64,000 nucleotides of DNA from Takakia lepidozioides (lineage: Eukaryota; Plantae; Bryophyta): NCBI GenBank assembly GCA_030704615.1, contig CM060734.1, positions 53,258,001 through 53,322,000 of the forward strand, given 5' to 3'. Below, in pieces: positions 1 to 11,200 of the stretch (position 1 is the stretch's first letter; the number at the start of each line of letters is the position of its first letter). A program made the translations under genes and the position numbers. The notes under the pieces were generated by a model, which saw nothing but the letters and a program-made list of their open reading frames with translations, was not told the DNA's origin and ran no database searches.

Positions 1-617
1 CAGCAGCTTCCACGAGCAGTAGTAGGACTAGTGGTACAGCAACTACGACATCCACCCAAGCTACTGCTGCACCTGCACCAGTGGCCGTGCCTGCCTTCAA
101 CCATGTTGTGGAGTTTTTCGAAGAGTTGAGAAGGAACTACCGAGGGGTGAGGACAGAGAAGTTGAGGAGCTTGCAAGAGTTCCAACGGAAGCCTACTGAG
201 AGCTTGAGGGAGGCTTTCACTTGCATGAGGCGCTTGATAAATGTAACCCAAGGGTTACGGAGGCTCAGGCAGTCCAGTTCTGGTATGGATTATTGGACAA
301 GGAGTTGAGGAAAAGGGTGCGGGATGCAACTCTCCTACAAGCAGCCCAACCCACCTTAGCAAATGTGTTTTTGCTGGCAAAGCGGATAGAGCTCAACATG
401 GTGGAGGAACGAGTGGTCATGGTGGGATTTGCTAAGGAGACACCACGGGGTAGTGGTGCTCCTAGCCAGCCACTACCTCAACATGCTCAAGGCAACAATA
501 GGGCTCAGGTGAAGCCTAGGGAAGGGCAGAGAGGACCTCAGATGCAGGGGTCTCTCCCTTCATTTGCTAGCCAACAATGGGCGGATGTGGTGTGCTCGAC
601 ATGTGGAGGACCCCATG
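1..617 (+). mobile_element. Degenerate LTR-retrotransposon gag, 5' part (outermost host element)
   Basis: Frameshifted ORFs 81-308 and 221-679 resemble a retrotransposon gag (LRSLQEFQRKPTESLRE...QFWYGLLDKELRKRV). They end in a broken zinc knuckle CSTCGGPH at ~617. Confidence 0.6.
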
Positions 618-1443
618 TCAAGAAAGAGGGACAAAGAAGCCACTTTGGTGCAGAGTCTGTCCAGGGAAATCCCTGCTGAGCATGTGGCGGAGGTTCCAGG
701 AATGGAGTGTAGGAGCACTGCAACACCTGTGGAGAAAGAGGTCGTTCAGGAAGAGGATCTGGTGGGAACATGGCCTGAATGGTTGGTGAAACATCACATT
801 GTGGAGGATCAGGGAGAACAACAACAAGTTCACCATGACGACCCACAGCAGGCCATGCTTATGAATTCCATAAGCAAGACACTCAATTTGTTGGGCCCTA
901 TGACCAAGAAGGAGCAAGCTAATGCTTTGAGGCGGGTGAACAGGCGAGCCAGGGCATAGGCAATACGAAACCATGATGCGCGAGAGGAAGATGGACTCCC
1001 CCCTCAAGTGCTTCCGGTTGACAAAGTTGGAGAGCCCATTGGACCAGCACGCAATACCTGGCATGCAGCCCTCAAAGGCCAGATGTGGCGTTTGTGTGAC
1101 ATGTCAATGCATATTGCAGAGCAGGATGAATCTGTCATTGAAGAAATATACAGGATTCTAAACTCTACATTTGCATACACGCCACGTGGTCTTGACTATG
1201 AGCACATGAGGAAGACACTTGGCATTGCCTTGAAAACCCAAAGACACGAGATCCATGCACTGTACAAGGCAGGCGAGGGGAGGCCTGCACATCTAAAGGA
1301 AGCTCATTGGGATAGGCTGGTATCGTATTGGTAGACAGCAGGATTCAGCACAAAAAGTGCCCTCATGAAGGTTGCAAACTCATCAATCAAGAAGCCTTCA
1401 AAAACAGGACGTGGTGGGAAGGCATCTGTTGAGGCTCGGCTTG
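618..1443 (+). mobile_element. CACTA/En-Spm TnpA-like (Ptta/En/Spm transposase) fragment, pseudogenised
   Basis: ORF 1008-1334 and its read-through (GEPIG...RPAHLKEAHWDRLVSYW*...KSALMKVANS...TGRGG) match the plant Ptta/En/Spm pattern. In-frame stops; no termini seen. Confidence 0.5.
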
Positions 1444-1499
1444 TAAGTTCACACACCGGTCTTTTTGCCCTCTTTGCCTTGGCTGATTGTTGTTTATAA

Positions 1500-2099
1500 T
1501 GTCAAACAGGCTAAGTCTTGGCAGAAGAGAGTAGAAAAGATTCTCAAGGACCTGGACCTGGATCCGCAAGTCTTGACCCTGCTGGATAAATCTGACTTAG
1601 AGGCTGTAGTGTCTGAAGCCATGTCTGTTGCCATGAGATTGTCTGATGAAAATGAAGTTAGGCAGAGAACTTCCCTGAACTTGTTTCCAGTCAGTGACAT
1701 GGGGGTGGACATCTTGGATGACCTCAAGGGTCTACCCACTCTCGGCACTAGACTGAAATTTAAACTCAGGGCAGGAAGCCTACCTTTGAACAACAAACAG
1801 AAGCAGAGAGGAAAGGGAGAGTGCAATTGTCCGTTGTGTGGGCAATCTGAAGACAGTATTCATTTTCTGATACACTGTCCGGGGTTCTCTCACCAAAGAG
1901 ACGCTCTCTTCAATTCAATCAAGGGAATTGTGCCTGTACCCCTGTTTACCAACTTTGAAAGTCTCGAGGCTGAGCCAAAAGCCGCGGCCCTCCTGAGGCC
2001 TAGTTTTTGGGCAAATCACACCCAGCAGATTGATGCTTGTGTGAAGGGTTTTCTAGAGGATATCTGGAAAACCCGGATTAATTCTTTATATGAAGGTAG
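1500..2099 (+). mobile_element. Internal fragment of the same LINE family found in the OEP37 intron
   Basis: Near-identical to ~38980-39572 (tgtcaaacaggctaagtc...attaattctttatatg). Encodes the C-terminal CPLCG..EDSIHFLIHCP zinc finger; lacks the LINE 3' end. Confidence 0.9.
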
Positions 2100-3640
2100 A
2101 GGGAGGCAATGGTTTGGCACCGACACAACCTGCACAATAACAGTGTGGGCATTGTGACAAGTACGGGCATGGAGAAGCCCAGTGCTATGGTTTGCATCTT
2201 GAGTTGCGCCCAAGCCAGTACCAATGGAACAATGGTGGCCGGGGGCGAGGTGGAGCAGCTTGGAGAGGACGAGGTGGCCAGGCACGAGGTGCAGGCCAAG
2301 GACAAGCTCAACATGGCCAAGGACGCGGAGGTCAGGGTGTTGACCAAGGCATGGCCAACCGGCTTCAGTAGCTAGAGCAGAGGCTCGCTGCCATGGCCAC
2401 ATCTCAGGTAGTACTGGCTCCAAGGCCGGATGGTCCACCTCCTGCTCTTGAGGGAGGAGACATGGGAGACATGGGATTCATGTGTGGGGCAGCACTACCA
2501 CTAGTGAGGGGTGCCACTACCACTACCACTATAGGTGGGGCAGCACTACCACTAATGAGGGGTGCCACTACCACTACCACTATGTGTGGGGCAGCACTAC
2601 CACTAGTGCAAGTAGAATCGATTGCGGCAGTGACTCGAGGAGCAGCACGAGTTCCTAAGCCATGGGGTGCGGAGGTAGAGTTGGATCCACAGCATGGGGA
2701 GGCAAGCCATCAGGCCAGGCTTCCTCAGCCATTCACATTGGCGGAGACAGTGTCGACGCCGTCCATGGCACCTAGTTCTTGCCTGACTGTTACCGAGGCG
2801 GAGGTTACCATGCCATTGGGGAGAGCTCCATGGGCAGCACCACTACCTAGTGTTGCCAAGGCTACGGCAGCTAGTGTGCTGTTGGGGGCGGCCACATCTG
2901 TGTGCCAGGCTCCATTGTTCTCGGCTACCATGATTGCGACGCCGGGGGTAAGACCAGCTGAGGTGTTCAAGCTGGCAGCTATACTCTATGAGAGTGGGGA
3001 GGTTATTTCATCTTCTGCGGACATAGTGGGAGGCGTAGTGACGGAGGGATCCTCAGATTTGAGGGTCAAGACTGCCACGGCAAGCTACAGCTGCCAGGTT
3101 GATGGAGCTGCCAGCTAGGCCAGCCATTGAGCACGCCATGGTGACACCTAGAGTTGTCATGTTAGACAACCAGGATGATATTTTTGTTTGAGTGGACCGC
3201 CAGGCAAGAGGTACCGGCCACTGCGAGTCTTGTTGGACTCGGGAGCTCAGCCATTGATGCTGGGCAAAGCTGCTATTGCAGGCTTGGGCCTCACGGAGGC
3301 AGATATGGAGCCGTGCCCTTTCCAGATATAGACAACTCTGGGAGGATCAGAGCAGGCTCGGGGCATGACACGATGTGAGTTGGCGATCAGACTACAGCTG
3401 GTCATCCTATAGATGGCTCAGTGATGAGTGCCAAGGCCACTGTGACAGACGCGGTCTCGTACGATGTCCTGGTTGGTGGGCAGTGTTGTACCCCAAGGGC
3501 TTCACCCTGGATTTTTGGGAGGAGTCAGCTTCTTATAGGTCTGGATAGCAGTCAGGGGAGGGCCGACGTGTGCAGCTCCCTGTGACGCTCATAGGAGGAG
3601 TTGCGGTTGCCCAGCGAGGCAAGATGCCGATACTGACAGC
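2100..3640 (+). mobile_element. Degenerate gag zinc knuckle plus aspartic protease of the outermost retroelement (resumes ~20372-20580)
   Basis: CGHCDKYGHGEAQC knuckle at ~2146-2190. VLLDSGAQPLMLG at ~3227-3265 and YDVLVG at ~3460 are retropepsin motifs. Stops and frameshifts present. Confidence 0.65.
2481..2608 (+). repeat. 51-bp tandem repeat, ~2.5 copies
   Basis: Unit tgtgtggggcagcactaccactagtgaggggtgccactaccactaccacta repeated directly. Confidence 0.9.
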
Positions 3641-4262
3641 TATCAGGGACGAGAACATGACTAAACAAAAACAAGAGGTCAGACTAGAAGTACAAGACTA
3701 GACAAGAAGTCTAGGTCGGCGTGGCCGAATGCACGATGAGTAAATAGGAACCAAGACGATCTTTATAACAATGAACAAGAGTACAAGATATTGGAACACG
3801 ACTTGAATACTGGAATGCTGGAAACTGGACTAGAGTACCAGATACTGGAAATTGGGCTAGGGTACTGGGAACTGGAAACAAGAGTAGCTTGAACTGGTGT
3901 TGGCGAGACTAAAGAGTGTCCAGTCTCGCCTCCTATATATACTGGCTACTAAGAAGCTTCCCTAAGAAGCTTCACTTATGGAGGTTTATTGCTGGAGAAG
4001 TTTCCAAGATTTAACAAATGTTTCTTGATGGAGAAGCTTCCTTAAACAAATGAGGTATCTTGATGGAGAAGTTTCCTCCAAAGGAAGCTTCCTGAGCAGT
4101 TTCCCAAGTTACTCTTGGTAATTTGATAAACTCCCGGTAACTTGATAAATAATGATAAATCATGGTAAGTCATGGTAAGTCATGGTAATTTTTGGTAACA
4201 AGATAATTTGATAACTTCTGGTATTTACTCCTAGTAAGTTCTTCTGGGCTATGTCCGTGACA
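3641..4262 (-). repeat. 3' LTR of the outer chromovirus
   Basis: Direct repeat of 19728-20366; ends ta(tg)...gtgaca; adjacent to the PPT. Confidence 0.92.
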
Positions 4263-7200
4263 TCACCCCTCCTCCAGCGCCGAGTTCCTCGAGGAGCGGT
4301 GAAATCTTGGACTTGCTTAGAGTTGGAGAAAATCCAAAATCCGGCGAATGGTACTTGCCAAGTATTCGGCTCTTCGTTCTTGACTCAAATGATTTATAGG
4401 TCCCTGCAACCATCAATAGTGTCTAACACCTTAAACTTGGGACCACGCAGTGATTTGAGCATTCTCATTTTTTAAGCTGCCTTTAAACATGATTTCGTTG
4501 CCCTCTGGGTCTGAAGCCTCAACCTCCAACAGAATTATCAAACTTTGAGTAGGCTCCACTTGCCGTCGTACAGGGTCCAAACGAGGAAGTACACGTCGCA
4601 TTGGTGGCTCATCGTCTCGAGAGCGACGGCGTGATGTTGAAGGTCGTGAGAGTCGGAACATCTGATCTGGTAGCTGGGTAAGCGACAACTCCAATGTATC
4701 TGGTTCCTGTGACTCCATACTGCCAATACAAGATGCAAGAGTGCTGGAAGTGCTGGAAGTGTAGCTATATATACTGATGTGTGGTGCTCCTCCCTCCTTA
4801 GCGTGTATCAGGTACATTGAATGTGGAGTCTTTACCTTGAAGCTAACTTGGCTGACATCATCGTTATGACGTCTTATTGACGTGTAGCTCGGGGTTTAGC
4901 TGGATATCGTTGATGAAACTCTTGGACTTTGTCAGATGCATTGACGAGGTTGGATGAAGGTTCACACGTTCGTTCCTTGATGTCATAGCCTTTCCAATGT
5001 ACAAAATACTCAAGACATTTATACTTGATGCGAGAGTCTAGAACTTCGTCGACTTCATACTCAATTGCGTGATTGACTTCGATTGGTGGAGGTGGTACGG
5101 AGATTCTCCCTGGAATATTTGATGGATGATACAACTCCAATAATGAAACATGAAAGACTGGATGGATGCGCATACTTCGTGGGAGTTCAAGCCGAAAACT
5201 GACCGGATTTATTTGTCGAATAATTTTGAATGGTCCGAGGCGTTGATAATCCAACTTCCTTGATGGTCGCGAGGTTTGCATGTCCCGTCGAAGAAGCCAC
5301 ACACGATCTCCGACCTTGAACTGGGGTTGGAGTTGAGGACGTTGATCTGCATATTCCTTGTATTGTTTTTAAGCTTCTGCAAGGTGGAATGTAAGCTCCT
5401 TGTGAATCGTAGCGAGATGCGTAACAAGGTTTTCTGCAGCAGGGCTTCCAACAGTCTTCATGTGGAAAGTGTTTGCTCGATGATGATGACCATAATTGGA
5501 GAAAAATGAAGTTTGTTTGGTCGAAGAATGTATAGTGTTGTTGTAGGCAAACTCAGCCAATGACAGAAGGTCCGTCCAATTATCTTGGTGATAATTTATC
5601 GTACAGCGAAGATACTGCTCCAAAATCTGGCTTACACGTTCGGTTTGACCATCAGTCTGTGGATGATTAGCTGTAGAGAGGTTGATCTTAGTATCCAATA
5701 TGTGAAATAATCTCCTCCAGAAATTGGATATGAACTGTGGTTCTCGATCAGATACGATGTCCTTCGGGAGTCCATAAATGCGGTAGATATTATTGAGGAA
5801 TGGTCTTGCAGTTTCCTCGCCGGTAACCGTCTTATTACATGAAATGAAATGTGTCATATTTGTAAAACGATCTACAATAACAAGGATTGAATCGGTGGTC
5901 TTGGAAATTGGAAGGTCCGTAATAAAGTCCATAGACACGGACGACCATGGACCCTTGGGAATGGGTAATGGTTGAATAAGGCTGTAAGGTCGATGTCGTG
6001 GTTCCTTCGCTCTAGCACACGTGTCGCAAGATTTTATAAATTCTTTCACGAGTTTCCATATCTGTGGCCACCAGTAGTCCCTGGATATCAATTCCATTGT
6101 TTTGTTGAAGCCAAAATATGAAGTCGTGTAGGTCTTGGAGGTACATAGAGAAGTCCCTTGAAATAAAGTAAGCCATCTTTGAATTCGAAGTCGTTTGTAA
6201 CATGTAGGTTGTCTCGAGGTCGATTTAGTTGACTTTGTAGCGTCGTAGCAAATTTGTCGCTCTTCAGTGCTTCATGAATCTTCTTTATGATCTTTACATC
6301 GTCATAGGTGGATATGGATAGCATATTCAATTGGAGATTTGTTGGTTTCAAGATGATGGATTTTTGTTGGTCAAAAGCTGCATCCCCTTCTTTTGGCGTA
6401 AGATACGATCGTCGAGAAAGAGCATTTGGTTTTCTTTGAAGATATCCGGGACAGTAGGTAATAACAAAATCAAACATTGCTAGTGGCATACTCCATCGCG
6501 CTTGACGTCGATTCAAAACACGAGCACTCATAAAATACTCGAGGTTTTTGTGATCGGTATAGACTGTGACCTGATGTTTAACTTCCTCCAATAGATGACG
6601 CCACTCCTCAAAAGCATCAATAATCGCTAGAAGTTCTTTGTCATGGATTTCATAATTGATCTCCGCAGCGAAAATTTTGCGAGAATGAAAACCAACAGGG
6701 TGAAGTCGGCCATTTGTACCATATTGAGAGAGTTACGCGCCAAGTGCAAAGTCTGATGCATCTGCTTCCAAAAAGAATGGTCTAGATGGGTCTGAATGTA
6801 CCGGGGGCTGCTATTTCATGAGCGGCATGAGCATGAGCAGAAAAATAAATAAAAATAAAAATAAAAATAATAAGCGGACCATTATGTGTCCACGGAAATA
6901 GGGTTAGGAGGCACGGAAATAGGGTCATGTGAAGTTGGAATGTGACACCAGTGGACTCGTCATAGCAATGAAATGTAACATTTTATTGCAAATTTTGTGG
7001 CAAGCCACATCTATACAAGTGTGTCCTAACTGTCATAGCCGGAATGGGCACTACTCTCCTACACATTCCGAGGAACTTGCCCCACCTTCCTCCTCATCCC
7101 CCTCATCCCCCCCATTCTCCGATGCTCATGTTCCACTATGCCTCTCAAAAATTCCGTCCTCTCCTTGGGGGACTGTCCACCTCATCTCCTGGGAATCTTC

Positions 7201-8060
7201 TGCCTCTTCTCCCCCACTTTCCTCAGCATAATCCAAGACAAATCTACGAGCCTGACGGGCTCTAATAGCAAGGATGCCAACAGCGCTCACGCCACGTCAC
7301 CTTACGCAATGCCACGTCACGGGGCTCACTCCACGTCATCACACGTGAAGGCCGCGTCAACACACACTTAGAAAGAAGTGGAGTGTATTCCCGCGGATTG
7401 GCACCCTTTACCGCGGAAACAAGCTGGACGACGTAATAAAAGGCATTGAATAAAGGATGGATGAATGTACAGTTGGATGATAAACAGATGGATGAGTGTG
7501 AAAAATGAATGTAGATGGATGAAGGAGGGATGGATAAGAGTAAAAGTATATGAAATGAGTGTGGAAGGTTTGTGGGGTGGATTAAAGAGTACAGGGGATG
7601 AATGTACAATGGATGTTGAACAAAGGAAAAAATTCATGAATGGAACACGCATGAATACACTGTAGATGAATGCACAATGGATACGAGAAGAGTCAGGGAG
7701 GTTTGTGAGATGGATTCATACATATTGCAATTTAAATGAAAGTTGATTATGTGATTATTATTTGTTATAAAGGAACAACTATGGTGGAGGAAGGGGATTC
7801 AACGTTTTCCAGATAGTATGAAAATGAATATTAAAATAATATAGTTCAGTCTGACTCAGAGTCAGTACAATGTATCCCCGCTTCCTCTGCATCTAAGTCT
7901 AAGTATTTTAGAACACCGGATCCACGCTGGATACACCTACAGCGGCCACTAAAAAGTCAGGGGATAGGGACTCGGCCGCGTGAAGTGTCATTGCTTCGGC
8001 ATAAACAGGAAGCAGAAAATTGGAAAGGGGGCTGTCGAAAACAGACTCGCCAGAAATGAC

Positions 8061-8213
8061 TGCAACCCGGTGTGCGGGGCTCCACCTAGTGAGCGCCTCC
8101 GCTTCCCTGAGTGCCTTGGGCACTCCTCATACCTATCGCTGCCGCTGCCCCCACCACAGGGGCAGCCCCTCATGTGTCCCGACCCCCTGCCCTCAAGGCA
8201 AAGGGCCGCGACA
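8061..8213 (-). repeat. Terminal direct repeat (whole short LTR, or the 3' end of a ~1-kb LTR)
   Basis: Matches 14148-14317 apart from a 17-bp indel. Confidence 0.85.
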
Positions 8214-11200
8214 CACACCCCTACCAACAGGGAGTCGATGTCCTCATCGACTTGTCCACTTTGTAGAAACGAACATCCAAATTGTGGCGTCCCACATCAA
8301 GGAGTTTGTTTCCGTACCATGGCGTCCCATGGCAAAGAACCAAACTCCACACTTGACTCTACTCTCCACTAGCTAGTTCGGCCGACTTCCTCCAAGTCCC
8401 GGCCAAGGGTGGAGCCTCTCCAGCTCCTCCCAGTGCACTCTTCTTGGCCTACTTCAAGGCCAAGGAACGATCCTCCCCGAGGATCGAATCGCCTTACTGC
8501 GACAACATTGCTTGCGACCGCTCATGATGCCGCTTTTGACATCACCTTGAGCAAGGGTTCACCTGGAACCCTCTTTGACTAGGAAGATAACCTTGAACCA
8601 ACCGTGCGCCCCAATCACTACAATTGGGTCCGCCTTGGAATGCTGGTCTGAGGTACGGGAACACGCCGAAGCCGCACTACGACTTCGTCCCGAGGCTACA
8701 CGATTATAGTACGTGAATGGAAGCACGTAGCTTCCGCGTTAGCCCGCACTACAAGGCAACCCCCTCGGTAGCGCAGTTATAGTACGCGCACGCGCTAGGT
8801 GCGCACTAGCACGTGAACTCCCAAAGAAGGCGCGAGTTTCCTTGCCTCTTGGATGGGGGTCACCCGATTTTGGCACTACGCAAACACACGATTAACCCAA
8901 TTTACCTCTCCCACTTTTATAAGCTAGCATGCATTCTACACACTAGCCAACCATACCATGCATCACCATTCCAAACAAAATAGGACGCCCAACATTTGGA
9001 AGCCATTTCATTTATAGTACGTTTTGTACAATACAAGTTTTTTGCAATCGGCTTCCTAAGCTAGCTAAGCCGGGCTAAGCATGCATTTCCTCCCCCACGC
9101 TCCAAGGTTGATGTCCCCATCAACGCTTCTTCCGCTTTTGAGGTCGCCCTTCGAAAGCTGCAACCGCCTCGGGTGCGTTTCCCATTTCTGAGGCACGCAC
9201 CCAAGATGCCTCCACATGATGATAGCCCTTCCATTTGACGAGATACTCCGTTTCTCGGTTCCTGAACCTCCTCGACTTAAGTATTGCCTCCACCTCGTAC
9301 TCAGGTTCATTTTCATGATCCAACAGCATAGGTGACGGACGCAACACTTGATGCCAATTCAGACGCGCTTCATCTTTGAAGTAAGGCTTCAAAAGGGAGA
9401 CATGGAATACTGGGTGCACCTTGCTGTTTGCCGGCAGCTCCAATTCATACACATCCTCATTCATAACCTTCCGAATGCGAAAGGGTCCCGCATACGGAGG
9501 TACGAACCTCGGACTCACTTCCGGAGGTAGTCGGAAATTCTTGATGTTCAACTAGACCTCTGTGCCTGCCTCAAACTTCACTTCCCTCTGCTTCCGATTC
9601 GCCTGCCTTTCATACCGTTTCCTAGCTTTGGCAATGTTGTACTTTGCGAGCTTCAACAAACGCTCGCGTTCTTCCAGTACCGCCGCTACTGCCGGTTCCT
9701 CAACGTCCTGGGCGGCCCAACTTGTCGGCACCAGAGGTGCTTTTCCATAGACCAATACGAAAGGGGAAACTCCCGTTGCGGAGTGTTCTGTGTTATTATA
9801 ACAGAACTATGCCGCGTCTAAGTGTTCCACCCAGTCTGTTTGGTCTGCCGACACGTAATTCCGCAAGATCTGCTTCACTACGGAATTCACTCTTTCTGTT
9901 TGGCTGTCGGTCGTAGGTCGGAAGGCGGTGCTCATCTTCAGTCTCGTCCCCATCTTCTTCCAAAGTGCCCTCCAAAATTTTGGATCGCGGTCCGAGACAA
10001 TATCCTTCGAGACTCCATGATGCTTTAAGACGTGGGCGAAGTAAAGTCGCCCTGTCTCCTGCGCCGTTGCCGTCTCCTTGGTGGGGATGAAATGGCCCAT
10101 TTTACTGAACATATCCACCACCACCATGATTGCATCGAATCCTTTTGAGAGCAGCATAGCAGTCATGAAATCCATCGAGACGCTTTCCCAAGTCCCCTCT
10201 GGAATCGGCAAGGGTTGTAACAGCCCCGCTTGCTTTTTGTACTCGCTCCGGTTTTGTTGGCATGTGGTGCATGTCTTGACATACTCCTCTACCTCCTCCC
10301 TCAGTTTGGGCCAGAAATATTCTTTCTTCAAGAGTGCCGCAGTGCGCTTGGCTCCGCCGTGGCCCGCAAGCGGGCTATCATGGCATTCTCTCAAGAGGCT
10401 ATCTCTGTTCCCTCCTTTCGGCACGTACAGATGCTTTTGCTTATACCGGAGCAGTCCATTTTGCAAGTGGAACTGCGATTTAACCTCCCTCCTCAAGTCC
10501 TGCATCACGGACTTCGCTAGCTCATCCTTCCGGCAAGCTTTCCGGATCTTCCTTTGGAGCGTCGTCTCGCCCTTGTACACCAACAAGAGCTGTTGCTTTC
10601 TACTTAGAGCATCGGCCACCACGTTGTCTCGTCCCGGTTTGTACTGGATATCCACGTTGAACACCGCCAAAGTATCTTGCCACCTAAGTTGTTTTGGGGA
10701 CAACTTGGGTTGCGTGGCAAAATACTTCACCATGACATTGTCCGTGAACACCTTCACTGGATTGGAACCAACATAGTGGCGCCAAAGCTCAAGGCAATGC
10801 ACCACCGCCTTCATCTCTTTTTCGTGCGTCGGCCACCGTCGCTCCACTTTATTCAGTTTCTTACTTTTGTAAGCCACTGGACGTCCATCTTGCATAAGTA
10901 CACCCCCAATCGCGAAGTCCGACGCATCTGTATGAATCTCAAATGGACGATCGAACTCCGGGATTTTCAAGACTGGAGCTTCCGTCATCCGCTGCTTCAA
11001 TTCAGCAAACGCTTGGCCACAAAATGTGTTCCATACCCAGACTTTGGATTTACACAGAAGGTCCGACAGCGGGCCCGCGATCTTGGCGAAATTTCTCACA
11101 TACTTCCGGTAATAGGAGGCGAGTCTTAGGAAGGATCGCACTCCCGGGACCGAAGTCGGAGGCTCCCAGTCCAAGATCGCCCTCACCTTGCTGTCATCCA

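Noticed and set aside
1465-2157. 230-aa ORF as a host gene
   Set aside because: It is the LINE C-terminal fragment with chance flanking extensions.
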